Positions 24,188-33,886 of a stretch of DNA of 64,000 bases are shown piece after piece. Position 1 is the first letter of the stretch. Each line of letters begins with the position of its first letter. Origin of the DNA: a virus; the IMG/VR virus record IMGVR_UViG_3300046758_000611, positions 64,001 through 128,000 of that record, one strand, 5' to 3'. The notes below the pieces were generated by a model. That model ran no database searches. It saw only the letters and a list, made by a program, of their open reading frames with translations, and was not told where the DNA came from. The position numbers and the translations under genes were made by a program.

Positions 24188-27100
24188 TTATCCATCTATA
24201 AATACTCTCGTACTTAATAATGTTGGCAATCTTGAACGTAAAGATGCCAAACTTCCTTGTTGAGCAGGTCTTGATGTGGTTATATAAGGGTCGTGGTGTA
24301 CATGACTAGATAGCCAGCCACACAAAGAACTTAACCAGTCAATCGTATTATTTCCTTTCAAAACTGGATGTCTTCGTGTTATATATGCTCCGAGGTGTAT
24401 TGTAGGAGAAATAACAGATGTGTGTGTTTTTGTTTCTGTGACAAATCTGTCTATGCAATTCATAGTTATTTCATCATCAGTTGCTACGAAAAATTTCTTT
24501 TTCGCATAAATTCCTGTTTCTTGTGTTTTTGAAGAAATTAAAATTCGTTCTGAGTTTATTATAATTTGATTTCCTGTTAAAGCCGGCAATTGTTTTCCGA
24601 ATATGACTTTTGCCTCAGATGCTTCTTTTAAAACTTGCTTTTCCAGTTTACTAAGGTTTGAGTTTAATTTTTTCTTTTTTGCTTGCTTTGCTGTATTAAT
24701 TGATTCATTTACCTTATCAGTATCTTTTAATGTTTCTAAGTCTTCAGGATGTAATAACGAAACGGCATTCATATCAGCATTTTGAATTGGTGTTCCTTTT
24801 AATGAATCACGTGTAATTGTTTCTCCTGTGTGAAATGATTTTACTTCATCAGGATCTTGTGGGGCTGCTTTTACATTATTAGGTTTTGTTGTTTGTGTTT
24901 TTTTGGACTTTACGCCTTCACTTACACCATCGTCCTGTTTTTCGTTAGACTTCGGTGTATCAGAACTTTTGTTGTCTGATCGAGTCTCTTCTTTTTTGTT
25001 TTCTGTTGATGTGTCGTTGGATTCGTATTTTACACCATCAGTATCCGTTTCATACGATACTCCACTTTTTTGATTTTCTTTTTTTGAATTTACAACTTCG
25101 GTTTTTTCGGACACTGTTACACTTGATGATTCTTTTAAAATTTCTTGATTTCCACTAGGACTTTCTATTTTGGTTCCGGGTGTTGCATTTATTTTAGTTC
25201 CGGCGGGAACATTCATAGAGGCAGGATTATTGTTGTTTTCAATATTTTGGTTAGTCTCTATACTTGAACCAGCTGCGAGTGTTATATTTGAACCGGCTGC
25301 TATTTGATTAGTTTGACCAGAATTTGTTTTTGTGAGTGTAGTTCCTTGAGATGCGGTAAAGTTTGTTCCTGCTTGTAGTCCAACACTTGACATACTGCTA
25401 TTTTGTGTTCTGGTTGGTTGTGGTCTCGTCCCACCCCCACTTAGTGTTCCACCAAAACTTGCACCAAGTTGACCTACCCCCTGATTATACTGAATACCTG
25501 ATGATGATTCTGCTTGGTAACTTATACCAGAAGATCCAACATTTCCAGTGGATTGTTGCATAGACATTGTAGACGATGTGCCACCAGTACCTTCTTTATT
25601 TCTATATAACCCAGTCATGGGGTCAAATGTCATAGTTGCCACTTCTTCATTTCCCTTTTGCAAAGATGCAAATCCTGACACACCACCACCACCACCTTTG
25701 AGTGAAGTACCGAGGTCACCAAAGTCATCTCCGAGAGCAGAAAATTGTTGATCAAAGTCTGGATGGTTTTTTGCATAAGGTCCGAATGTTCCATCTGCTT
25801 TCATTTGATTACCCATTTGTTGGGTAAGCATTTTGTTTAATTCTGTATCAAGTGTATCGGTCAACGAGTTTCCCCACTCTATTTGATTTACAAAATCACA
25901 CAAATCAAATAAAAAATCTTTTAATGAGAATCCAATCAAGAAACCTAAAGCAAATTTAAGATTTCTTAGTTTGTCAAAAATTGACATTAAAATTCCAAGC
26001 AATGCAATGTTTATGCCAAATGATAATAACCACCCAAGTGATTCTTCTGTTTTTGATCCATGTGTTCCTTTCTTTTTTCCCAAAAGTCCACAAATTGCCA
26101 TAATTCCCATTGATGCCAATTTAAAAATCTTAAACATCAAACTATCTTCTTTGTTTATTCCGATATCACCAAGACCAGGTATATCAATTCCAAGTGAATT
26201 TGCGGCCGATAGTGCAGGACCGGCTGGTGTTCCTGCAAGTGCATTTTGTCCAACCTTGTTTGAAGATGCAATTGAACCTACAATACCGGTTTCAAATGTT
26301 TGATTCAATTTAAAGTTACCAGAACCAATATCACCTAAAAAGTTTGCACGTTTAATCGCACCGGATGAAACCGACCCTCCTCCAGTTTTGCTTAACCCAC
26401 CACTTATTGCTATACCAGCCCCAACGGCTCCAATTTTTCCTAAAGTTCCAACTCCTCCACTTGATCCTTCTGTTGATGCGACTTTTGTTTCGACATTTAT
26501 TCCAGATGAGGCAGACCCCGAGACTATGCTAGTTCCGTTGCTTGAGTTTGGTGTTTCTATAAACTTGCTTGCAGTTTCGGTGTCCATTTTACCTATTCTG
26601 TCACCAATTACTTCTCCATCTTCTTCTCCAACTGCTTCTTTGAATCCTTCTTTCATTGCCGATCCGTGGTCACCTTTTGATGCTTTCTCGGCCATTTTTC
26701 TCTGAGTTTCGTGACTTTCGTCTGGAGTTACAATGTCACTTTGTCCATTTACTTCTTTAACATCTTCGGTTTTTTTATTACTAGGAGAACTTTTTGGTTT
26801 TATTTTTTTAGTACCAACTGAAGAGTTCGATAAACTTCCAAGAGATGCAGATATACCTGGATTCTTAACTCGTTTTGGTTGTACTAAAGCCCTACCGAGT
26901 GTGTGGGTAAACTTTGATAGTGTTTTTCCAGAGGTTATTTGAATTGAAGAACCATCACGATTTACATCCTCAAGTATGGTGTGACCATATTGTAATTCAG
27001 AACCAACAAGGGGACGTTGTCGGTTGCGAATTAGAATCATCGGATTTCCCAAGTTTCCTGCATAAGACTCTCCGTGACCAGACGAAGTACCGATATCAAA

Positions 27101-27796
27101 GTTGGGAGAGTCAACAAAGTTTCCAAATCTAATGCTACTACCAAATCTACTTTCTATTATAGTGTCACCTTCATAGTGCATAAGTGGACGAATCATGTTA
27201 TTTGCTTTAAAATATTTTCCCAAATTACTTCCTATCTGATTGCTAACCTGAGATACGTTCGATTTGTTTCTTGTTAACGAAAGATTTGCACTTTTATCTT
27301 TCGTAATGGGAGTTCCTCCACCAGTTCTTAATTCATGACGATAATCTGCGTTATTGTTTATAAAATTTTTATCATTTAATCTACGAGAGTAATATACAGT
27401 AGTCATGTATCTGGAAGCAATAACTACTTCATTGATTAATGGAAATTCTTTTACTCCTGCTTCAAGTGGTATTGCCCAACTCAATTGTTCTATTGGTAAA
27501 TTAGTTTGACTAAATAGCATTCTTATTTTTACACGACCTATCCAAGAAGCATAATCTAAAACCTGCGTATCATTGAAACCCTCGGGCCACTCTTCTTCTG
27601 TAACAAATGGTTGAGTTGATTTATTTTTAAATATCGGGTGGTTTTCATCACGTATTACATCAATAACAACGGCTGGCTCTAATTCGTAGAACATCAACGA
27701 ATCATTTGATTTATTCGCAACAGACCTACCACTTGCTAAACTCTTTTGTGAAGCCTCAGCAGTTATGGAGTTTTTTAAATAATTAGTGTATGCCAT
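24188..27796 (-). CDS. baseplate hub/central spike (gp5/VgrG-like) with large internal insertion
   Basis: GRVKIR..SWAIPL..FPLINEVV (OB-fold-like), EGDTIIESRFGSSIRFG, GNQIIINSERILISSK, terminal HVHH; lies upstream of gp25/gp6. Confidence 0.65.
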   Translation of the reverse strand: MAYTNYLKNSITAEASQKSLASGRSVANKSNDSLMFYELEPAVVIDVIRDENHPIFKNKSTQPFVTEEEWPEGFNDTQVLDYASWIGRVKIRMLFSQTNLPIEQLSWAIPLEAGVKEFPLINEVVIASRYMTTVYYSRRLNDKNFINNNADYRHELRTGGGTPITKDKSANLSLTRNKSNVSQVSNQIGSNLGKYFKANNMIRPLMHYEGDTIIESRFGSSIRFGNFVDSPNFDIGTSSGHGESYAGNLGNPMILIRNRQRPLVGSELQYGHTILEDVNRDGSSIQITSGKTLSKFTHTLGRALVQPKRVKNPGISASLGSLSNSSVGTKKIKPKSSPSNKKTEDVKEVNGQSDIVTPDESHETQRKMAEKASKGDHGSAMKEGFKEAVGEEDGEVIGDRIGKMDTETASKFIETPNSSNGTSIVSGSASSGINVETKVASTEGSSGGVGTLGKIGAVGAGIAISGGLSKTGGGSVSSGAIKRANFLGDIGSGNFKLNQTFETGIVGSIASSNKVGQNALAGTPAGPALSAANSLGIDIPGLGDIGINKEDSLMFKIFKLASMGIMAICGLLGKKKGTHGSKTEESLGWLLSFGINIALLGILMSIFDKLRNLKFALGFLIGFSLKDFLFDLCDFVNQIEWGNSLTDTLDTELNKMLTQQMGNQMKADGTFGPYAKNHPDFDQQFSALGDDFGDLGTSLKGGGGGVSGFASLQKGNEEVATMTFDPMTGLYRNKEGTGGTSSTMSMQQSTGNVGSSGISYQAESSSGIQYNQGVGQLGASFGGTLSGGGTRPQPTRTQNSSMSSVGLQAGTNFTASQGTTLTKTNSGQTNQIAAGSNITLAAGSSIETNQNIENNNNPASMNVPAGTKINATPGTKIESPSGNQEILKESSSVTVSEKTEVVNSKKENQKSGVSYETDTDGVKYESNDTSTENKKEETRSDNKSSDTPKSNEKQDDGVSEGVKSKKTQTTKPNNVKAAPQDPDEVKSFHTGETITRDSLKGTPIQNADMNAVSLLHPEDLETLKDTDKVNESINTAKQAKKKKLNSNLSKLEKQVLKEASEAKVIFGKQLPALTGNQIIINSERILISSKTQETGIYAKKKFFVATDDEITMNCIDRFVTETKTHTSVISPTIHLGAYITRRHPVLKGNNTIDWLSSLCGWLSSHVHHDPYITTSRPAQQGSLASLRSRLPTLLSTRVFIDG

Positions 27797-28214
27797 CCTC
27801 AGTTTCCTCTTCTATCGTTTCGTCTAGGTCTTCCGAGGAAATTTTTGGTATGCTTATAGCTTTTTTGCTAATTTCTTTTAATTCTTTTTCGGCAGACTGT
27901 AGTAATTGTTGCTTTTCTTCATCGGTTAGTGAGTAATCCCCGCCACCGTCAGAATCCCCACCACTACCTCCGTTTATTATTCTCTGTAACACGGCCGAAA
28001 GTTTTACTAATTGATCGTCATTTTTAACACCCACATCTATATAGTCACGGATCATTGGGGCAATAACAGTGGCACTACCTGCATCTTTTACCATTGTACG
28101 CAAGTCTTTTATTAATTGGTTAATTTGTTCTTTTTTATGACTTGAATTGAAGTATATATCTTTTACCAAAGAAGAAAAGGTCTTTCCCTCGAAAATTTCA
28201 ATGTCTTTATCCAT
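27783..28214 (-). CDS. phage hypothetical helical protein
   Basis: 143-aa ORF; ATATTTATA 4 nt upstream of the ATG. Confidence 0.65.
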   Translation of the reverse strand: MDKDIEIFEGKTFSSLVKDIYFNSSHKKEQINQLIKDLRTMVKDAGSATVIAPMIRDYIDVGVKNDDQLVKLSAVLQRIINGGSGGDSDGGGDYSLTDEEKQQLLQSAEKELKEISKKAISIPKISSEDLDETIEEETEDGIH

Positions 28215-28244
28215 TATATATAAATATAAATGTATATATTTTTT

Positions 28245-28955
28245 TTAATATTCGCCTGAAGATAATGTTCCCTTTTCTAGATACCTAGCATATAAATTTG
28301 ACTGAATATCTTTCATTTTATTTACTACCTTTGTGATATGCTGAGTTTTACAATTAGTCATTTCACGAATAAATAAATAAAGTGCTTTTTTATTAAAGTT
28401 TTCTATAACGTCTGATTTTCTGAATATTTCAAGAACTGCATATGCTATTCGTTTTTCTTGGTCTTTTTTGTATATAGTATCGATGTTATCTTCAAGGTGA
28501 TCTACCATTAGTTTTATAAACTCAGAAAGTTCCTTTTTTTTAGTCTCTGCTCTTGGGTTAAATGTAAGTTCTTTTTGCTCGTATATAATTTCATCGTCAT
28601 CAACACTTGTGTGTCTTTTAAATTTTTTGTAGTTTCCGTTATTGTATAGAATTAAAAAATTTTTTGCTATAATACTAAAATATGAAAATGCCTTTCCGTT
28701 ATTTGCTTTGTATTTGTGCATATTGCTTACAAGGTTACTAACCACTTCTCGTTGAACATCTTCATGACTGCACTGGAAATACGAAAACTTAAATGTGTTT
28801 AGAATGTTTTCTGCCAATTTCTCAAATGGATACTTTATATGTTCTTCGTATATTTTATTTCGTTCCACCATGTCATCTGAGTTATTATATAAAACTATAT
28901 TGTCCTCAGTTTCTTGTGTGAAATACATTTTCTTTTTCGATTTTGGTCTTGCCAT
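28245..28955 (-). CDS. phage late-transcription sigma factor, T4 gp55-like
   Basis: YFTQETE, KLAENILNTFKFSYF, HKYKANNGKAFSYFSIIAKN resemble the gp55 region-2 signature. Confidence 0.75.
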   Translation of the reverse strand: MARPKSKKKMYFTQETEDNIVLYNNSDDMVERNKIYEEHIKYPFEKLAENILNTFKFSYFQCSHEDVQREVVSNLVSNMHKYKANNGKAFSYFSIIAKNFLILYNNGNYKKFKRHTSVDDDEIIYEQKELTFNPRAETKKKELSEFIKLMVDHLEDNIDTIYKKDQEKRIAYAVLEIFRKSDVIENFNKKALYLFIREMTNCKTQHITKVVNKMKDIQSNLYARYLEKGTLSSGEY

Positions 28956-29207
28956 TTAGTTTAGTTCCCTTTGTTTGAAGTCTTCTATTATTTGCTTAAT
29001 TTCATCAAATGCAACACCGACTTCATCGTCTTTTTCAAAAATTTCTCGTTGATCAACATTTTTAATATTTTTATACAAATCTTCAAATTTATTTCTTATG
29101 TCAATCGTCCAATTTTCATATATTATATTTTTTCTATATAAATTGAAAGATGTATAAAGTGTTATAAGTAACAACATTGACAGAAATATAAGTAGATATA
29201 TATACAT
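28956..29207 (-). CDS. small single-pass membrane protein
   Basis: hydrophobic N-terminus YIYLLIFLSMLLLITLY; start at ATG 29207, 6 nt after TTGACA-18-TATTAT. Confidence 0.6.
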   Translation of the reverse strand: MYIYLLIFLSMLLLITLYTSFNLYRKNIIYENWTIDIRNKFEDLYKNIKNVDQREIFEKDDEVGVAFDEIKQIIEDFKQRELN

Positions 29208-29249
29208 TCCTATATAATAGTCTAACATATATTGATATGTCAATAAAAT

Positions 29250-30020
29250 TTATTTATTATCATCTTTTTTTTCTTTAAATGGAACATTTCCGAGGGTACT
29301 TCCTGGAATATACCTTTTTTTGTATACAATTTTCCCTTCGTATTTTTTATATGCATCCATGCTTGTTTTTTTCCAAGGAACATAATAAGGTCCTCGTGTG
29401 GGTGGTTCTGGTTCAACTTCCTGGGTGTCGTACATTGGGGTTGATGTTGAATTTACATCTTCTTTTATTTTATTTTTTATTATATAACTTTCAGTTTTAC
29501 TTGAAAACATAGTTGGACTTGGAGTAGGACTTGGAGTTGGAGTAGGAGTTGGTGTAGGGGTGGGACTTGGAGTTGGAGTGGGAGTTGGACTTGGGGTAGG
29601 AGTTGGAGTGGGAGTTGGTGTAGGAGTTGGTGTAGGGGTGGGACTTGGAGTTGGAGTGGGAGTTGGAGTGGGAGTTGGTGTAGGGGTGGGACTTGGAGTT
29701 GGAGTGGGAGTGGGAGTTGGTGTAGGAGTTGGACTTGGGGTAGGAGTTGGACTTGGGGTAGGAGTTGGAGTTGGAGTTGGACTTGGTGTAGGAGTTGGTG
29801 TTGGGGTGGGGGTAGGGCTTGGAGTTGGAGTGGGGGTTGGGGTAGGGCTTGGAGTTGGAGTGGGGGTTGGGGTAGGGCTTGGAGTTGGAGTGGGAGTTGG
29901 ACTTGGTGTAGGAGTTGGAGTGGGAGTTGGACTTGGGGTGGGAGTTACTTCAATTACATCTTCTATAAAATCACCTTCTTCTTGGAATTTATCAGCAAAG
30001 GGTAGATTATCTATCCAATT
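29250..30020 (-). CDS. start-less open frame (acidic segment + ~145-aa Pro/Thr/Ser tract + 86-aa tail); probable -1 frameshift extension of 30011..31105
   Basis: frame open from 30020 to the stop at 29250 ([32 protein letters not shown]...MFSSK...); no ATG/GTG/TTG before 29510. Confidence 0.65.
   Translation of the reverse strand, partial: NWIDNLPFADKFQEEGDFIEDVIEVTPTPSPTPTPTPTPSPTPTPTPSPTPTPTPTPSPTPTPTPTPSPTPTPTPTPTPSPTPTPTPTPSPTPTPSPTPTPTPTPTPTPSPTPTPTPTPTPTPTPSPTPTPTPTPTPTPTPTPSPTPTPTPSPTPTPTPTPTPSPTPSPTMFSSKTESYIIKNKIKEDVNSTSTPMYDTQEVEPEPPTRGPYYVPWKKTSMDAYKKYEGKIVYKKRYIPGSTLGNVPFKEKKDDNK
29511..29945 (-). repeat. hexamer-period repeat encoding (PT/PS)n
   Basis: ggagtt/ggactt/ggtgta-type units for ~435 nt. 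Confidence 0.95.
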
Positions 30021-31105
30021 TTTTTTTTCGGCAACTCTTCTCCTAGAGTCATTTTCCCACCTACCATAATATTATATGCCAATACAAGTGCAACTGCAAC
30101 AGGGTCAAAAACTAAAACAATTACAATAATAAACCACTTTACAACTTGGTCTACTGGCATTCCAAATGATTCTGCTATAAAACGAAAACTACCAATATCA
30201 GTTGCACGAATTCCTTCTTTTTCTTTTAATATCTCTGCTTGGTTTTCTTTTATTTTGTCGTATTTATCTTCAATAGTGGTTACATTATCCAGGTCGTTTG
30301 TTGTATCACGAAGACCATTTACTTTTTCTACAAATTTATCATATTCACTTGAAATTTGATCATCAATTTTGGCAAGAGCATCATTGTATGATTTTGTTGC
30401 AGAAGTTTCTTCGTCTGTTATTGCTGATAATGATTTTGCGATAGAATCTCGCTCAGGTTGTTGTGTTATCCTTAGTTCTTCTATTTTCTTTTTGTTATTA
30501 CTAAATAACCCACCTGGTTTTGATTCTAATTCACTTTTTGCTTTATCCAATACCGCAAGACGATCCATAAATTGTTGTCTACGAAATCCTCTTGCTTCGG
30601 TGTCTGTTTTGTTTCTATTAGCAAGTGCTTCCTGTCGTTTTCTTCCGTCTGCCACATAATCGTCATAGATTTTTTGAAAACCTACTATTGTTTCAGTTTT
30701 TTTATCTTCTACTGTTACATCCGTATTTTTAAGTGTTTCAATTTCAGTTTCAATTACTACTATTTCTTTATTTAGGGTTTCTATGTTATTTTCATGCATT
30801 TCCACCCTTGATCGTGTGTCATCGTAAGCATCACTTAGAAATCCGTAAATGCCCAACGAGGTTATTCCAATCAGAACCACAACTGCAATTGTACAATACC
30901 ATTTTAATATCCTTGGTATTCTTTCCCAATAACGGTATAAAAATGAAGTCATTGCTAATTTTCCTGCTTCAAGAACTCCCGCCATTACCATGGCTGCGAT
31001 AGCCGCACCTGCAAATAATAACCCAATACCTCGCACAGAAAAGAAAGCAGCCGTTCCTGCTACTGCCAGTGCCAACCCACCTATAATCGCAGTAAATACT
31101 TTCAT
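30011..31105 (-). CDS. membrane protein with three N-terminal TM helices, long coiled coil and C-terminal TM
   Basis: hydrophobic residues 1-90, [35 protein letters not shown]. Confidence 0.75.
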   Translation of the reverse strand: MKVFTAIIGGLALAVAGTAAFFSVRGIGLLFAGAAIAAMVMAGVLEAGKLAMTSFLYRYWERIPRILKWYCTIAVVVLIGITSLGIYGFLSDAYDDTRSRVEMHENNIETLNKEIVVIETEIETLKNTDVTVEDKKTETIVGFQKIYDDYVADGRKRQEALANRNKTDTEARGFRRQQFMDRLAVLDKAKSELESKPGGLFSNNKKKIEELRITQQPERDSIAKSLSAITDEETSATKSYNDALAKIDDQISSEYDKFVEKVNGLRDTTNDLDNVTTIEDKYDKIKENQAEILKEKEGIRATDIGSFRFIAESFGMPVDQVVKWFIIVIVLVFDPVAVALVLAYNIMVGGKMTLGEELPKKKIG

Positions 31106-31172
31106 ATTAATACATATCTCCCAATTCTATTTTATTAAACCTTATCAATGTATATAAATATAATATAGTTAT

Positions 31173-31205
31173 AAAAAAAGAGGGTAAAATTAAATTTACC
31201 CTCTT
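31173..31205 (-). terminator. rho-independent terminator after hsp20
   Basis: AAGAGGGTAAA/TTTACCCTCTT stem ending in a T7 run on the minus strand. Confidence 0.8.
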
Positions 31206-31227
31206 ATAGTAAAATTAAATGTTATTT

Positions 31228-31725
31228 TTAAAGTATTTTAACTTTTTTGGTTTTCGTTTCTACGATTTTTCTTTTTGGAATACTGATGTTCAAGATTCCG
31301 TTATCAAACTTAGCAGAAATTTTGTCAACTTGAAGTGTTGCTTCATCTACCTTAAACGAACGACGAAACGATGATCTTTTAAGTTCCCTGTATACATACT
31401 TTACGTCTGGATCTTCTAACTCAGTTTTTTTATCACCGGATATAGTAAGCAAACTATCTTCGTATTCAACAGATACATCACTTTTGGTGAGGCCTGCAAT
31501 TTCTGCTTCTATTCTAACTTCGTTCTTATGGTCGGCAACATTTACTCTCGGGTATGAACTATTTCCGAAAAAATTTACACCAAACTCCTGCCCAAAGTTG
31601 GGGAATGCTTGATTTACCATTTTGTCAAATATTGAGTCAAACGGAGTTAAGAACTCATCTCGCATAGTTGGAACATATTTATTAAGTCCTGTTCCAGAGG
31701 ACTTATTTAATCCTAAGTTTTTCAT
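31228..31725 (-). CDS. hsp20: small heat shock protein, Hsp20 family
   Basis: YPRVNV..EIAGL..LTISG..RSSFRRSF..ISAKFDNGILNISIPK alpha-crystallin motifs. Confidence 0.92.
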   Translation of the reverse strand: MKNLGLNKSSGTGLNKYVPTMRDEFLTPFDSIFDKMVNQAFPNFGQEFGVNFFGNSSYPRVNVADHKNEVRIEAEIAGLTKSDVSVEYEDSLLTISGDKKTELEDPDVKYVYRELKRSSFRRSFKVDEATLQVDKISAKFDNGILNISIPKRKIVETKTKKVKIL

Positions 31726-31749
31726 TTTAGTTTTCCTTTTTTTTTAGTT

Positions 31750-31799
31750 ACAAACCCCGTTTTGGGCATTTGTCGAACAACCTCAAACGAGCATTGTTC
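31750..31799 (-). promoter_or_regulatory. twin bulged-G hairpins in the hsp20 5' UTR
   Basis: GAACAAU-G-CUC-GUUU-GAG-GUUGUUC and ACAAAU-G-CCC-AAAAC-GGG-GUUUGU. Confidence 0.6.
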
Positions 31800-31830
31800 T
31801 ACTTATAAATATTAATTACATAAAAAATTA

Positions 31831-32493
31831 TTAAAATTTAAAATTGTGGTCTGTGAGTGACTTTTCGACAACACATGACATATGATCTGCCCAGTGTATT
31901 ACCCGTGGAAGTTCGGTTTTAAGTCCGTTTCCAGGATTATGGGTCTTGAGGTATTGTATATTTGCTTCATCATACATACCGTCTGATAGTTTTATCGCCA
32001 GACATTCTTTTTGTGTGTATTTTATATCAAAGTGTTGTAAAAGAAACAGTGAACGATCCGTGACTCCCATCCAATGAATATCTGTATTCATCTTATATAC
32101 CTTTCCTTGGTTTTTAATATGCCACTCACTGTCGTTTGGTGTATATTGCTCACCCTCAAGAGAACCAAGTTTACCTAAGTCGTGGTTTAGTGCAGAAAAT
32201 AGCAACTCATCATCTGTGAAGTCAATTCTTGCACCCATGCTTTGAAGTAAAACCTTTTGACCTCTAGCTGCCTTACATACATTCATTACATGGTCTATAT
32301 ACCCCCCTGCATAACAATTATGATAATGGATTGTGCCACTTGCAGGCGCAATAAGTGCTCTTAGACCAAGACACCCCTCATCAGTTCCGTACATATGTAA
32401 CAGTTTTTCTTGTCGTTCACCTTCAAAGGTATCCTCAATAAACCTTAAAAATGATTTGTAGTTTTCTTCTAATTGATTTTCTGTATAGTTCAT
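31831..32493 (-). CDS. HD-domain phosphohydrolase, YhaM-like
   Basis: HYHNCYAGGYIDHV, NHDLGK, IHWADHMS. Confidence 0.8.
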   Translation of the reverse strand: MNYTENQLEENYKSFLRFIEDTFEGERQEKLLHMYGTDEGCLGLRALIAPASGTIHYHNCYAGGYIDHVMNVCKAARGQKVLLQSMGARIDFTDDELLFSALNHDLGKLGSLEGEQYTPNDSEWHIKNQGKVYKMNTDIHWMGVTDRSLFLLQHFDIKYTQKECLAIKLSDGMYDEANIQYLKTHNPGNGLKTELPRVIHWADHMSCVVEKSLTDHNFKF

Positions 32494-32527
32494 AATCCCA
32501 TTATATTATATAATTCTGGGAGTTAAG

Positions 32528-33886
32528 TCAATTAAAAATAGAATATATGTTCTGAAGAGCATTTTGTTGCTCTTCTATACCAAGTTTCTGTATGTCTTCT
32601 AGGAGGTTACTATATGCTTGTTTGGTTTGTTTTAAAATTAAGTCAGACGATATTAAAAAACACCCACTTGTGGTTGTTTGTTTATTTTTTATAAACCTAG
32701 TTTTTTCCGGAAACAACCACTCAAAATCTGCGTTGCGTTGTTCATACTTTTGTAAGTTAATGTTTTTTATTTTGTTTTTTAACAAAATTATATCTTTTTT
32801 ATTTTTAGAAAATAAATTATTAGCAAATAATAAAGTTTGATTTATTTCAAAGTTATCGTAATTTCGTACTATATACTTTATGTAATATGTTATCGCACTC
32901 TTTTTTATTTTGGTTTTTCTCATCCCACCTCGGGTGTAAACAAGTTTAGGTTCTTCTACTATTAATGCTTTTTTTATATCTGTGTTTTCGGTCTCAATTT
33001 CTTCTAAATAATCAACGCAGATAATCCCATGTTTGGGTCGTTTCCATACTAAATTTGTTTTATTTGCTTCTTTATTACCTATCTGAGGTTTATGAATTAT
33101 AGTAGGGATTGTTGTTTTTTTATTTTGTCGTGATCTGTGTTCTATTCTTATATTATTTGGTATATTTTTAACAGTGTCCACGGAAACTCTGTTTGTCGGT
33201 TTATTAAAAGTACCACCGAGGTTCTCAAACAAGGTACGATTGTATATAGCATTGGATTTACTTGCTTTGTCGTGGTATAAATGAAAAGCCTGCCGGTCTA
33301 CGAATGATTTGATGTTTTCCTCCTTTAACCGATTTTGAACAAAATCAAGATCTTGAAAACCCCACCCTCTAAAGTCCTCATTCATACCACCCACATCATT
33401 GAATGTTTCGGTTTTTACTATAAAACTGTATTTTCCGTCTTGTGAATTTGATATATATTCTTTGTTTTGAAGTTCTAGTTTATTTAGACTATATAAAGAT
33501 TCTGTTTCAAGTTTATCTAACAAAACTACATTGGAGAACGGACGAATAAAGTCAGAGTATTGATGATGTGTATTTTTTACTTGTTCAATAATGTAATTAT
33601 AGTCTGTGTAAAAATCCGCATCCATAACCCAACCATACTTGGTTGATATACTTTTAAATGCTTTATTTATTAATAATGATTTGTTGAAATAATCAATATC
33701 TAGTTTTTCACACGTATATGAAACATAATTAAATCTTTTTAAGAATTTTTCAACTACCAAACTTTGTGTAGATTCTTGTTCATAAACAAGTATTTTGGAG
33801 TTTACGTTTCTAAGTTGCTTTATCAGGAAGCAAAAGTTATTGAATCTATATCCCCTTAAATTGTAAACTGGTATTACTATCGTCAT
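32528..33886 (-). CDS. GT2/GT7-type glycosyltransferase with DUF3431-like C-terminus
   Basis: IVIPVY, FNKSLLINKA, MDAD, GGMNEDFRGWGFQDLDF, HLYH; YIKYIVRNYDNF. Confidence 0.75.
   Translation of the reverse strand: MTIVIPVYNLRGYRFNNFCFLIKQLRNVNSKILVYEQESTQSLVVEKFLKRFNYVSYTCEKLDIDYFNKSLLINKAFKSISTKYGWVMDADFYTDYNYIIEQVKNTHHQYSDFIRPFSNVVLLDKLETESLYSLNKLELQNKEYISNSQDGKYSFIVKTETFNDVGGMNEDFRGWGFQDLDFVQNRLKEENIKSFVDRQAFHLYHDKASKSNAIYNRTLFENLGGTFNKPTNRVSVDTVKNIPNNIRIEHRSRQNKKTTIPTIIHKPQIGNKEANKTNLVWKRPKHGIICVDYLEEIETENTDIKKALIVEEPKLVYTRGGMRKTKIKKSAITYYIKYIVRNYDNFEINQTLLFANNLFSKNKKDIILLKNKIKNINLQKYEQRNADFEWLFPEKTRFIKNKQTTTSGCFLISSDLILKQTKQAYSNLLEDIQKLGIEEQQNALQNIYSIFN

Noticed and set aside
30011-30013. 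TAG readthrough or stop-codon recoding
   Set aside because: Readthrough meets another TAG 16 codons later and is not in the PT frame; long ORFs are intact in code 11 and no suppressor tRNA is present
29560-30069. Plus-strand (GV)n ORF
   Set aside because: Antisense shadow of the minus-strand Pro/Thr repeat; all neighbouring genes are on the minus strand
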